The notes under the pieces: model-generated
The model's input: only the letters and a program-made list of their open reading frames with translations
What the model was told of the DNA's origin: nothing
The model's database searches: none
Program-made: the position numbers and the translations under genes
Shown here: positions 11,748-25,110 of the stretch, in pieces
Numbering within the stretch: the first letter of the stretch is position 1
Layout of the letters: every line of letters begins with the position of its first letter
Origin: Dimorphilus gyrociliatus
Taxonomy: Eukaryota > Animalia > Annelida
DNA length: 64,000 nt
Reading direction: 5' to 3'
NCBI GenBank assembly: GCA_904063045.1
Contig: CAJFCJ010000017.1
Span: 620,001 to 684,000 of the forward strand

Positions 11748-13613
11748 ATGAACGTTGTTGTTGCCGTCAAACAATATATTACAAAAATGATAAACGATAG
11801 TGGGCAGGGAATGAAACTACTATTGATGGATAAAGAAACGGTTTGTTTTTAAATATATATATATTAAAAGCTTTATTGTATTGTAATTTTTTCCAATTTA
11901 GACTTCAGTGGTTAGTATGGTTTATGCTCAATCAGAGATACTTCAAAAGGAGGTTTATCTTTTCGAACAAATAGAAAATAATAATAGAGAAGCAATGAAA
12001 CATATGACTTGCATATGCTTTATCCGACCAACTCAAAGAAATATAGAAGCATTATGTAGTGAACTGCGAAAGCCTAATTATGGATGCTATTATATATGTA
12101 AGTGAATACAAGCTCGATAACTTAAAATAATGAAGAATACGTAATTAATTTTTACATTGTTTTCAACAGATTTAAGTAACGGTCTTTCCAGGCAATTAGT
12201 TAAGCAGTTAGCTGAAGCAGATGATTCTGAAGTTGTCAGAGAGATTCATGAAATGTATGCTGATTACATTCCTCTTGCCCCTCACCTCTTCTCTGTAGGA
12301 TATCAAGTTGGGGATATTATTGAAAATCGTTCTTTCAAGCAGAAGGCATTAAATCGGATTGTTCAAGCTATTTGCGCTGTTTTATTATCATTAAAGTGCT
12401 GCCCAGTTATCAGGTACCAAGCATCTTCTGAACTTGCTAAACGGCTTGCTGACAATGTTCGACAAGCGACTTCGAAAGAAGCATCTTTATTTGATTTTCG
12501 TCAAGAATCCGCACCTCTCTTATTAATAATAGATAGACGGGAGGACGTCGTGACACCTCTTCTTAATCAATGGACGTACGAAGCTATGGTTCATGAATTA
12601 TTAGGCATTCAAAATAAACGAGTTGATTTATCAAATGTTCCAGGAGTATCAAAGGATTACGAACAAGTTGTTTTAAGTATTGATCACGATCCTTTCTACG
12701 CTCAAAATATCTATAGGAATTTTGGAGAGATTGGTTCAAATATTAAAACTTTAATAGACGACTTTCAAAAAAAAAGTCATAATCATGCGAAAATTGAATC
12801 AATTTCTGATATGAAATCTTTCATTGATAATTACCCGCAATTCAAGAAAATGAGTGGAACTGTTGGAAAACACGTAACAGTTGTAGGGGAACTTTCCAGA
12901 CTAGTATCTACACATAAATTGCTAAGTATTTCCGAATGCGAACAACAATTAGTATGCGAGGAACAGACTTATCAAAGAGTTGAACAATTAGTCTCTGATC
13001 CAGGCACAAGAGAGATCGATTCTGTTAGATTAGTTTTACTTTACGCCTTGAGATACGAAAATCAAAGCAGTCAGATCAGCTCATTAATACAAGCGCTTAC
13101 AAGGAGAGGGATAAACGATAAATTCCGAAGATTAATACATGGAATTATAGAATACGGCGGTCAAAAGGCAAGATACGCGGATAGTTTATTCGGTTCCACA
13201 CCAATTTCTGGTATAACAAAGAAACTTCTTAAAGGTTTAAAAGGTGTTGAAAATATTTATACTCAACATAGACCACTACTTCACACAATTCTAGAGAATT
13301 TATTCAAAGGCCAATTAAAAGAGAGCCAATATCCTTTTATTGGTACTTCAATTAGCAGGCAAAAGCCTCAACAAGTAATCGTATTTATTATCGGAGGAGC
13401 TACTTACGAAGAATCATTCTATATAAATGAATTTAATTCTACTTCACAATTTGGAGCTAAAGCAGTACTAGGTTCAACTTATATGCATAACACAAAAAGG
13501 TTAATATATGAAATTGTTAACAGTAGAAAGAAATACATTATCATTTATTTCTTTATAGCTTCCTGGAAGAAGTCCGACTATTTCTGGACGGTTCCTCGAT
13601 GAATTATCGGTAG
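11748..13613 (+). CDS. VPS45: Vacuolar protein sorting 45 (Sec1/Munc18 family)
   Basis: [47 protein letters not shown]; [18 protein letters not shown]; [20 protein letters not shown]; last intron 13500-13558 restores HNTKSFLEEV. Confidence 0.95.
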
Positions 13614-14012
13614 GCTTATATCATCTATCTAACTTCTAGTCAATTAATATATAGAAAAAGAGGAAGAAGAAGAAGAAGAAATAAAGGAAATATACTTAAA
13701 TTTATTAAACAGTTTTTATTCTTTTTTGTTTTTTTTCTGTTTATTTTTCTTTTTTTTGGATTTTAAAATAAAACAAACATTTATGGTTTTTTTTTTCTCT
13801 CTGGGCAGGAGATATACTTTACTATATAAACAAATGAAAGGTATCTCCATTAATGCAACATAATATATCTTATTTATATATGATTATATATATATATATA
13901 AATATAGTTTGTTTTTTTGAAACAAATCTTTAATAAATGACAGTATCAAATAATTTAAATAAAGTTTAATTATATCTTTTATTTATTTATTTATTAGTTA
14001 ATTTAAATAAAT

Positions 14013-15863
14013 ATGATAATTAAATATAAACTATTTTATTGGTTTATTTTAATATTATGTAATTTTATGTTCTCTTTATCGATTAAATGTGGTATTTGTA
14101 CTATTTTAAATAGAGAATTGAGATGTACCAATTGGAGAAATAGACCTGATTATATTATTTATCAGGCAATCAATTGCTTGAAATATCACAAGGATATAAC
14201 CTCGGCTATACTTAGAGTACGTACTACTGAATCTGAACCATTGACAGAGAAAAGTATGCTACCTTTTAGGAGGATTCACAGTCTGCACTTTGACGATTCT
14301 GATTTAGGAAACATTGCTAGGGACTCTTTTAAACAATTAAACCATTTAAAGTATTTGTCTTTACGAAATACTAATGTAAATTGGGAACTAATTCAAGATG
14401 TAGTTGCGTTCTTACCTAAACTTAGAGGAATTTATTTAGCTAAATTAAACAAAGAATGTAACTGTCGCTGGTTAAATTTAGAGAAATTTTTACATAGTAG
14501 GAATATTACTATTATGGATGGAAAAGATGAAATTCCAACCTGTTCATCAGAATTGAAAGATAGCTGTCAGTATACTGATGCGCCAAAGACAAATAGTCTT
14601 ATACGATCGGTTAATATCGAAACTAAAGAAACTGGAAGACCTAGAGATCTTTTACATCAAACGATTGAATTTAATTTACCTTCCTCAATCATTTTCATTC
14701 TTGTTCTTTTCACAGTTTTTGTATTGATAGGAACTATGATTATATGTATTTTTACCTATTATAATCTGAAATACGAAGATTGTCGATCAAAGTGGTGGCC
14801 TTTCAAAAATATAAAAAGGTGTAAAAAATCTATAATTTCCCGAGATAGTTCCAAAGTATTTGATAAATATACACCTTATCCTTATCCTCAGAAAAATGAT
14901 ACTGAAAATAGAAAGATTTTTAATGAACAACAGCAGAAACTACAGCAAACTGAATCTGAATTATTCAAATGTCGTACAAAGTTAACAAAGCTTGAGAGTA
15001 AATTTGGTAAGATTTACGATTCGCCATCATCAACACAAAAATCTGATATGATATTGAAAGATGATCTCAGTTTAGATGAAGTTGAAGAATTTCATAAATA
15101 CTTGAAAGATATTACTTCTAATGAGAAATCATCTTTCTTGAAATGGTTGGGAAGAATTCCTAAATCGGATTGTATTTTATGCGTTCGAAATCAATTACAA
15201 CAATTTAGGAATGGTAACATGCTACTTAATTGGCCTTATCAGCAAATAGAAAATGATCAAGATACGGATAAGTTAATTCGAACACCTAAAACTCCGGTTG
15301 ATAATCGAATATCTAGAAACATCGCTCATAATTCTATACAAACTCATAGAAATAACTATGAAACGCCAGATAATGTTCGTAAGGAGAATGTAAAGCTTTT
15401 TGCTAAAGAGAATCAAGTTAGCCAAGGGATACGATCAAAGAAAAAGACATCATATCCTAGAATAAAATCAGAACCATTTTGTCAAGATTATTCATTAAAC
15501 AAGGAAACAAATGAAAACAATACACATTTTGAAAGAGCAAATAGACCTCACAATTTCGAGAAATACTCTGAGAACACTGAAGAGAATTCATTTAGTAATG
15601 AAATCGAATCTCCTAAAACTAAAAATAAACTTTCAATGTATCGTCAGATCAGAAGGGAAACTTTAATGACGAGAAGAGACGAGAACAATGACGACAACAA
15701 TATTAACTTCGAAAATAACTTTAAAATGTTAAATCTTAATCAAAATCAAGCATATGCGAATCCGATAAATTTAAATGAAAAACAAAGTAGCACACTGGAA
15801 GCGGGTTTAGATAAATTAAAAACTCTTTCAGATGTTTCTTCATTAGCTGATGTTCAATATTAA
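14013..15863 (+). CDS. Intronless single-pass membrane protein with short LRR ectodomain and long cytoplasmic tail
   Basis: 616-aa ORF: hydrophobic N-terminus, Cys-rich cap, about 3 LRRs (LKYLSLRNTNV), LRRCT-like ECNCRWL..PTC, TM SSIIFILVLFTVFVLIGTMIICIFTYY, then short coiled coil and disordered tail. No recognised orthologue. Confidence 0.72.
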   Translation: MIIKYKLFYWFILILCNFMFSLSIKCGICTILNRELRCTNWRNRPDYIIYQAINCLKYHKDITSAILRVRTTESEPLTEKSMLPFRRIHSLHFDDSDLGNIARDSFKQLNHLKYLSLRNTNVNWELIQDVVAFLPKLRGIYLAKLNKECNCRWLNLEKFLHSRNITIMDGKDEIPTCSSELKDSCQYTDAPKTNSLIRSVNIETKETGRPRDLLHQTIEFNLPSSIIFILVLFTVFVLIGTMIICIFTYYNLKYEDCRSKWWPFKNIKRCKKSIISRDSSKVFDKYTPYPYPQKNDTENRKIFNEQQQKLQQTESELFKCRTKLTKLESKFGKIYDSPSSTQKSDMILKDDLSLDEVEEFHKYLKDITSNEKSSFLKWLGRIPKSDCILCVRNQLQQFRNGNMLLNWPYQQIENDQDTDKLIRTPKTPVDNRISRNIAHNSIQTHRNNYETPDNVRKENVKLFAKENQVSQGIRSKKKTSYPRIKSEPFCQDYSLNKETNENNTHFERANRPHNFEKYSENTEENSFSNEIESPKTKNKLSMYRQIRRETLMTRRDENNDDNNINFENNFKMLNLNQNQAYANPINLNEKQSSTLEAGLDKLKTLSDVSSLADVQY

Positions 15864-16155
15864 ATAATTTTTTATTGTTTTATTAGAATTCACTTTCCTT
15901 GCAACAAGTAGCTATTAAATTATGTCGTAAAAGCAAAAACCTAAAAGAATAAGCATAAATCCAAACAATGTTAAAAAGATATAGCGATAATAGGATATTA
16001 AAAACTTTCTTCCTTTTATCAAATTGGACAAAAATAACTAGAGAATGATACCGAAGATTTTATTTGGAAAATTTTTTATGTTAACTTTGTAATTATATTT
16101 ATATATAGTTTCGTCTCTCTTATAGAAAGTTAGATTTAAGAAATTAACCGTTATA

Positions 16156-16167
16156 TAGATGGCGCTG
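16156..16167 (+). promoter_or_regulatory. CTCF-like motif upstream of CDT1
   Basis: TAGATGGCGCTG fits YAGRKGGCRSTR, about 55 nt before the ATG. Confidence 0.55.
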
Positions 16168-16219
16168 ATTAATACATTTTCCGAATCGGGCATTAAACCT
16201 GGCCGCGCAAAAAACAAAA

Positions 16220-17920
16220 ATGGCGCAGGCAAAGTTAACTGATTTTTTTGGTAGCCGTAAAAGAAAGGCTGATAAAGCTCTTAGTAATAAGGATAAAGTT
16301 TTAAGAACTGATACTGCACCGGTTCCTGCAAAGAGATTTCTGAAAGAGCGTAAAACAGCAAAAGCTTCGACGCCGAAAGTTGTGGACAAAAGCTCAAAGA
16401 CTCTAATCAATGAAGCTCTAAGCGATTTTAAAAGTCGGAGAACTAAAATTTCTCCAGAAACCAAATCAATACCTTCAACTAACGCTAAAGCTCTGGCCAC
16501 AAAGACACTTCGATTTACCACATCTAAATCAAACACTTCTTCAGATGAAGAAATTTCGGAAGCCGACAAAAGAGATATGGAAGAGAAAAAGAAAATTCGT
16601 GATGAAATCTTGGAATTCAGAACTCGTAAACCCAAAAATGAAATCTCTGATGGCAATAAAGAAATTAAAAACATCAAAAACGAAATTCTTAAATTTAGAC
16701 TTGAGTCAAAGTCTATTAAGAAAGAAATTGAAGAAACAACCAAGGCTACGAAGGATATACGTAGTGAAATATCAAATTTAAGAAAAGGTAGAAGAATCCT
16801 AAGAATTTCGTCAGATGAAGAAGATAAGACGGAAATCAAAGTGTCTCAAAAGATCCCAAAGAAATCGCTGCCTTTGCCTCCTTCTTATCAAAAATTACTC
16901 GACACATTCATTCATGTGGATACTGTTTGCAAGTTGGCACACAGACGCAAGCAAAGAATGACGTTTGAACATTTGAAAACTGAAGTGGAGCGCTTTCAAA
17001 AGAAGAACTTCAGTAAAAAACAACTGTCGCAGATAAAATACATCTATCCTAAAGCATTCAATTACGTGCAAGAAAGAAAGGAAGGAAACGATATCAAATA
17101 CGAACTTGTTATCGAACCATGTTTAGATTCTGGAGAATATTCCTTGGCTACTTTCATTTCACGCAAGGCGACTTTTGAAACGACTCTCATCGAAAAAGTT
17201 AAAGAAGAACATGAGAAATTTCTCAACTGCCTAACCTCTCCAATAAAAGTGAGAAAGGAAGAACTGACCAGATGGCATCCAAGTTTTGATATGACAAAGG
17301 TATGTTACATTTACGAAGGGCGTGTCCAATAAAAGTAACAAATTTTTTCTTCAAAGGTTCCAGATATTCCTGAATCTGCTCTTCCAGAGTCTCCAGATAT
17401 CAGAAAGTTTACATCTGTGGAGGATGCCTTAAAGAGGCTTCAGCCTGAAGAGGACACCTCAAAAGTGCACGAACCATCTACTCCTGTGAAACAGAAGGAG
17501 TCAGAACCACCAAAAGTGAGCTCTAAGCTAAAGGGTGTTTCATCTTCTCTTCTTGAACGTATTCGTGCTAAAGAAGCGAAGAACATGGCAAAAAAACTAA
17601 CACGAACCCCAGAGGAAGAAAAACGCTTACGAATGCTGGAACGTTTGTCAGATATTTCACGTATTGTTCGTCAGGTCTTCGTTGGTCACACTAGATTTGC
17701 AATCCCCCTTGAGAAACTTATTGAAAAAGTGAGGGACAGCATCAGAACAATGGGCATAACTGAAGCAAAGGAACATATACTATTTCTTGAAAGCGAGGTT
17801 CCTAATTTCCTTAAAATCATGAAAATTGATGAGAAATTATGGGCTAAATTAAATATGCAAGCAAACATGAATCTTATCAAAAAGCAGATTCAAGACAAAA
17901 TTGATAAAGAAAGAAGTTAG
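16220..17920 (+). CDS. CDT1: DNA replication licensing factor Cdt1
   Basis: N-terminal PIP degron QAKLTDFFGSRKRK; LPLPPSYQKLLDTF; QLSQIKYIYP; RWHPSF; one intron 17300-17356; KLKGVSSSLLERIRAKE; RMLERLSDISRI. Confidence 0.92.
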
Positions 17921-18250
17921 AAAACTTTTAGCTATTTTATTATTTTTTTTATACATTTATATATTTTTAGTGTAACGAAGCGCTTAGTACCTTTTAAGAC
18001 ACATTTATAACCAATATAAACTTTGTTACTCTCTGGCGTATCGTTGTTTCTAAACGAACTTTAATACATTTTCTAAACAATTATAAAAAATGCTTGAAAA
18101 GCATAAATAAAGTTTTACTTACTGACTCGGCTCAGGTTTTAGCTATAACCTATGGAAATTAGCCAATAAGCGTTGTATCTAAGGTAATTCTTATAAAGTA
18201 AACCTTAGATACATGGACTTTTTATTATTGTTTTACAAAGTACAATCATA

Positions 18251-21200
18251 ATGGAAGACATCGATGATGCTTTGTTATGGACAGAGCACGATGTGAACGA
18301 TAAGACGGATAGTGATTTATGGCGTGAATATCATGTTAGTGGTAAAGAAATAGAATGGCAAACCCAAACAAGTCCATCCAATTATCGACCTCCTTCTGGG
18401 AATTCCGCAGACAGCGGAATGGGGGAGGAGGAAACCCAGGAACCAAAATCTCTCTTACCAGCAAATTGGCCGAAAATTGAAGATCTGGGAAAAAAGAAAA
18501 GTTGTATGATGAGCGAATGTGTACATCCTTGCGTTGCGAAAGCAACTTCACATTTGGAACTATTGCAGGTTTTTTATATTTCACAATACTAATCTCATCT
18601 GTTACGTAACATAACATAAATTAAACTTATAGACGCTCTTAGAAGATTGGCATTTAAGAGAAGAAACTGAGTCAAGTTTCGATGAGGAAACTGTTGACAA
18701 AACTACTATTCCTAGCAGATCAACAAAAAGAACTACAACTTCTTCCTCAATAAGTGATAAAACTGAAATGGTAACATCTTCCGGTACTACGACACAGTCA
18801 GAATTAAAAATTGAAGGAACTTCAGCATTACAAGGTAATTTTAAACATATAAAATCAAAAATCTACTAGTTGTGTTTATTTATTCAAGCCACGTATGTTT
18901 TTATATTCAATTTTTACATTTTAAAAGTTAGAATTGATGAAATTTTACAAATAATACTTTATTATATACAGTAACACCACCATCAACGGGGATAGAGGGT
19001 CCTGACATTATAACTGAAGTAACAAACCTTCTTGCCCGTTTGGAGTGTGATAGACAGTCAAATGAACTAAAACTCAAACAACAACGTAATATTGTCAGAT
19101 GGTTGTTAGGTCAAATTGATATTTTGGCGGAAAAACGATTAGAAACTTTACCCATTGCCGTTCAAGAAGGTTTTTCTTTTAATAGTTAAGGTCCTTTGGA
19201 TGTTTAATAGTTTTTATAAACAATTAACAGAGCACGAAGCGTGCACAATAGATATTGCTGAATTAAATTGGCATTGTACATATAGAAATCGAGCTAAGCA
19301 AAAAGTCCATCAAAGAGTTGAAGTCTCCATGAATTTAAATAAAGAATTTAAAAAAGATATATCTTTCATTGAAAAACACGTGTAAGTAGAATTTATAAAG
19401 TACAATAACATTGTTAATTCTATAACAAGCTACTTCATTACTGTCAATTAGGCCATTGATAGCAGACAAACTCGAATTAGAGTTAGAAGCTATGGAAAGA
19501 ATAAGAAGAGCTCAAGTTGATGTAAGAAACAAACTTTAAGCCTAATTAACATATTAAATTTATACAAATGAACTTGTTCGTTGATTAGACCAACGAAGAG
19601 CTAGACAAAACACTTAAAAGATGCGCTGAAGTTCAAGCGAAATCCGATGATGCTCACAAAAAAGCTGAAGAAGAACGTAAGCATATGAAAGAAGACTTGG
19701 AAAATGTTAACAACGAACTAATAGCTATAACGTTAGATATTTCCTTATTATTTCTTTGATATATCTTTATATAGTAATATAAAAATGTCTACTTTAGGAA
19801 AGAGCTAGCAGAGGCGAAAATGACTTTCAATCAATATACACATAATTGTCATGACTATCGACAACATTTAAGAGAAAATTCTCAGGAACAGAGTATCTTA
19901 GAGGTAAAAGAGGAAAATGTAAGAACCTCTGAGGAGATGCTCTCAACAAAAATTGCACAATTGCAAAAAGAAATTGTTGATGAACAATTCAAACACAAGC
20001 ATTTTGAAGATGAGGCTCTCTTCCAGAAGCAACAATTAGATAAAGTGGTTTGTAAAAATTTCACTTTTTTAACGCTTTTTCAGCGTTTTTATTCACTAAT
20101 TATTCTTTTATTAATTAGGTATCATCGAACAAAGATAGGGAAAGGGAAATCCTATTAGAAGTCAGCTATAAGGAGTCACAATTGAAAAAACTCACAAGAA
20201 TGCAAAATGATTTGATTCTAGAAGTAGAAGATTTAACTAAAAAGATTAAAGATTGTGTCAAACAAAAACAAATAGATGAAAAAACTTTATTAAGAGTTGA
20301 TCAAGAGCAGGCGAGGGTTGAAGAAAGGATAATTGATGCCAGAGAAGATATGGAGAAGGTATCTTTACTTTAATTTGTTATTTTCTGTAGTATTATTTTT
20401 GAAACATAATTGATTAAGTTATCTTCTGATACTTCGAAGAAGGTACGTTTTATCACGATATCATCTGCAAAATAAATCATTACAGCAAACCGTCTTTCAC
20501 ACTTATTCAATTAGCAATTTTCATTTTCTATATCGTTGATTTAATCTTGAAATAGGTTCAAGTCATTCACGCGGCTATAAAAGATAAACTCCAATTGGAA
20601 GAGGAAAATGCAAGTCGGCTGGAAGATCAATTGAGGGTAATTTTTGTTTTTGAACCTAATTCAAGGAAATAATATTATTATTCTGAACAGTCAACTGCTG
20701 AACAATTATCTAAAGCTGTTAAGGAGGAAATCCATTCTAGAAATGTTCTTGAATCGAAAACAGCAGCCGAAGGAGTAGAATTAGAAAATGATAAAGTGGA
20801 GAAACAAGAAAAGAAATCTAAGGTGATTTGTTTGTTTGTTTGTTTTCTTTTTCAAATATTAATATTAAATACGTTTTAGACTAAAAAGAAGGTTTTACAA
20901 GTCAAGGAAGCAGTGCAAAAGATTGTTGAAAAAGTAGAAACTTTAAGAAAAGAATATCAAAAGCGTGTAGAGGTTTGTTGAATTCATCTCCATTAGACGG
21001 GGAAGGTTTATTTAATAAAAATATTCTAAGTCTCCTTTCATCACTTTACAATAGAGAGTCGCTAAATTAGAGAGTTCTCTTGAGGAATTAAGACAGCTAT
21101 TAAAAACTGCTGAAGATAAGCATAAAAATCGACTGGATGAACTCGATCCATCTATTCAACGTCTAAAAAAGGAAACACTTGATCAAGAGAAGAGAATTGA

Positions 21201-22989
21201 TCATATGGAATGGAAGAGCACAATGATTATAAAAAAATTCGAAGAATATGATAATGCTGAAAAAATGATGAATAAGTCATTAAAGAGAACTCTGACTTCT
21301 AACGAAAACTTAGAGTAAGAGCCTATTTATTCTTTCTGATCTTATACAACGAGAAAAAAATATCAAGGCGTTTTTTTTAAGCCTATATTTGACATATTAA
21401 CTATGATAATTTCTATTCTAAGATTTATGTGTTAGATATTTCATTTAAAACAATAACAATAGGCCTATACTGGATGAATTATCCGTCGAAGAGGAATTTC
21501 GTAATTTGGAGGAATATCAACCGCATATTCTACTTAAGATTGAGTAACTATTAATCACAAACAGATAACCAAATATGGCAATATTATCAAAATTATATAA
21601 TAATAATAATAAAAAAGAGAGAAAATTTACAATATCACAGAGAACTTTTTATATTTTTCACAATCCAACAAATATCACTAATTATTATAATTATCTAGGC
21701 CTATTTTAATGGGTTTATAATTGATATTTTACAGGGAAGAATTAACAGAGTTAAATAAAAAGATTGACGACGCAAAAGGAATGGAAGAATTAATGAATAA
21801 CGATTTAAAAAGTATTTTAGGTCTATACATATATATTGTTTTAAGCTTCTCGAATAGTAAAAAGTAATGTTTATTTATAATAGACAGAGAATTCGAACAA
21901 GCCCACGAGCATAAAGTGAAAATGAAGAAACGACGAAGTGACCTTGATGTTTTATTCAAAGATATGGAATTAGCGAAAATACTTAATGCAAAATTAGCTT
22001 CGGAATATAGAACTTTACAGGTAGTTTTAATTTTAATTAGATCTAATATAAGACCATTTAAGATATACCTGAAAAAACTTCTAACAGAACAAGCACTTAC
22101 ACTCAAAAAACAAGTTGATGAACGTATATGATAAAAGAACGGAAAGGGAGAATATTCTAAAAGATCTTCAACAATTAGGAAAATTACAGAAGAGAATGAG
22201 ACTGTCTTTAGAACGTTATTACAAATTACGGGGTCGTTATAACGAAGATACACTTAGAGATATTGATGAAAAATCCAAAAAAAATGCAGTAAGAGTAGGA
22301 CAATTACAAGATGATATTGGTGGTGTATTACTGCAAATGGAGGCATTCGTAAAGGTTTGATAGAACACAAAAGTTTTTAACGCTGACAAATTAGTTATAT
22401 TTTTGTAGAGTTTGATAATTTTTCTTAACAGAATGACGTTTTACCAGTTGTTTTTCGACAACGTGTTGCAGTTGCCGATAATTAATACGCTGTGTGTGTG
22501 TGTTTTTTTTACTTAATCTACCTGGTAAAAAATTTTTGCTGTGTCTTTTTATTATTATTTATAATTATATCTAATTATTATGTAGAGTTGGGGAGGGAAT
22601 GAGGGAATTCTAGAGTAAATATAGATTGTCTAAATCTAAAGGCTAATCATTTAGAGTAGGTTTATTTCTATTTTAATGTGTAATCTGAGCTTTATTAATA
22701 TTGCTATTATCGTTAAGACAAGTTTTATAATCGTATTGCATTTTTTAGCAGTGTTAGCGAATGTACCTAGGTATCATTTTATGATTATCCAAATAATATT
22801 TAACCATTATTCCAGGGACAGGTAGATGGTAATCTTGTTCGTGAATTAGCTATGAAAAAGGCAGCTAGGATGGAAAGAGGAGAAGAAAGTGAACCACCAG
22901 GTATTCTTCCAGGTCTGGAAATTCAATCCCGTCCCACAACAACATCGAGTTCTATTAAAGGTTATACAAAATTGGTTGCAATGAAATAA
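18251..22989 (+). CDS. CCDC178: Coiled-coil protein, CCDC178-like (multi-exon, alternative 3' ends)
   Basis: Spliced model gives LARLECDR, LPIAVQEEHEACTIDIAELNWH, DISFIEKH/PLIADKL, LASEYRTLQ, NVYDK..LQQLGKLQKRM, paralleling recalled CCDC178 motifs. Terminal exon either 22432-22485 or 22816-22989. Confidence 0.72.
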
Positions 22990-23277
22990 AATCCAAAAAA
23001 GAATATGTTATATCTTTTAATATCTGTTGAAATCGTACACCTATTTTTTACTAATTTTTCAGGCATAAATATGTAAAAATAACAAAAGTAGGTTTCTCAA
23101 ATTACAATAAACACATAGCCAATGAATAAATGTAACAGTCCAACATATTAACTTAAGTGTATATCTTCTATTGAAAACAGTTTCAGCTTTTCTGCATTCA
23201 CTTTGAAACATCTCACACGAGTTAAAAAAGAATATGTACACTACATACTATATACAAAAAAAAGAGCAGTTTAATTT

Positions 23278-24510
23278 CTATTTCTTCGTATATTTGACGG
23301 CTTGCTGAAATTTAGTCATTTCTTGTCCACTTTTACCGCAAGTGCCAATACCAACTCTACCTGATGTTGAATCTGGAGAAGCAAATATACTCTTCTTAAC
23401 CAGACCTCTTCTAGTTTTCGCAAATGCTTTGCTATTAAAAGATTCCCATTTTCGCTTATCCACTTCTCTTTCTTCTTCAAGTTCTCTCATTCTAAGTTTC
23501 TTTTTTTCAGCTTTCTTTTTACGATATTCTCTTTCAGTGGCGAGCTTATCTCGTCTTTGCTTAGACTTCTTTGCCAATGCAGCAGCAGCTTTTTCGTCAT
23601 ATTGTCGCAGTTGAGCGATCTGAATTTATGAGAAAACATATTAGATTCTAAAAGCGTAGCACATTAATAAATGACTTATTTTTAGAACACAAGATTGTAT
23701 AAGTGAATGCATTCTTACCAAAACATAAGACGGGTCTAGCAAAATGCACCAGCCTCATAATCTTCGAACCTATAAACACAACTTACAACTGAACCCGATC
23801 CTTATATATTATTATTTACGATATTTCTTTTAAATTTAACCTACAGGAATTTCAAAGAATTTCACACTTTGCTAATATCAGAACAGATAGGAGAAAATTA
23901 ATACCAACCCTGTTAACATCTTTGTTCCGATAGACATCAAACGTCACTTCAACTGTTCCATCAACCAAAATTGAGTCGATTGTAGCACCATAATACCTAT
24001 AAATAAATTATTAGCTTTTATTTGCAAAAGTAAATTTAACTTACCTGTTGTCCTGTGACCATATGGCCATGCATTTGTCGCCTACTCTCCATGATTTTGG
24101 ATCAATAGATACTAGACCCTCGAAGGATTCAATAGCTTCCTCCTTCTCTTCCGATTTCTCTTCAGTAGCTAAATCTTGAGTGAGATTGATAATTTCCTAA
24201 TTGAGAGTTCGAGTTAATATTTCCAATTCCAAAAGAAAAAATTGATTTATTACTTACCAATATGTCTTGCTTTAATTTGAGAAGGTCGTCGTTCGTTGGA
24301 TCTTGAGTTAAAGCAGCTTCAACCTAAACATCGAATAAAAAGAACGTTCAGAAAAGTAAACAATCCATTCATTTGATAACCACGAGGCCTAAAATAGTTC
24401 CCCTCCCACAAATCCTAAACCTTATCATTCCAAAGCCCAACAATTAGCATAAGAAAACAGCTAACCTGCTCTAATTGAACTTTATAATTCTCAATATCGT
24501 TTGACGCCAT
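23278..24510 (-). CDS. SMNDC1: Survival-of-motor-neuron-related splicing factor SPF30
   Basis: MASNDIENYKVQLEQVEAAL..DLLKLKQDI; Tudor WRVGDKCMAIWSQDNRYYGATI; EYRKKKAEKKK; SIFASPDSTSGRVGIGTCG; 5 coding exons, last intron 23620-23908. Confidence 0.93.
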
Positions 24511-25110
24511 CTTGAATATTCTCGACTTTCCAGTTCTAATTAATGCGGTTCCGTTAACGCCAGTAATAATATTAACTTTAAAATAATTGAAACATCTAAT
24601 AAAATATATATTTTCGAGCAAGACGTTTGATATATTACTTTTGAAAAAATGAATAGGGAACGGAACAGGGTTCCTGACAGTTTGGTTAGCATGTCCAATC
24701 AGCAGCTTCTAGGTTTTTGGTGCATCGCTCACTTACTTTCTGTTCGTTTTTATCTTATAATGTACTAATTTTTTTTCATACAATCTTATTTGACGGAGAT
24801 TTGTTAAAGAACGATATGTGGTGAATCTACTTTAACGAAAACTGGTTCGTTATTAGTCTTAATAAATTAGTCAATTGTTTGTTTACATAATTTGATATAT
24901 CTTTGTATTTATCAGCAGTCTTTCTTTGTTCTATTTGGTCTAATTTTGTTATTTTTTGATAAGAAGTTTTTTAACAATCGTTACATAAACAATATAACAT
25001 TATAACACGATTTAAAATCATGTCTCGTTTAATCATTACTCTTAAATATTAGCTCATAATTTGTCTTTATCGTTACAGATGATCTAAGAAATTACGATTT
25101 TTCTTTGAAT

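Noticed and set aside
16144-16839. 231-aa antisense ORF over CDT1
   Set aside because: Typical stop-poor reverse frame of Lys/Glu-rich coding DNA; no motif.
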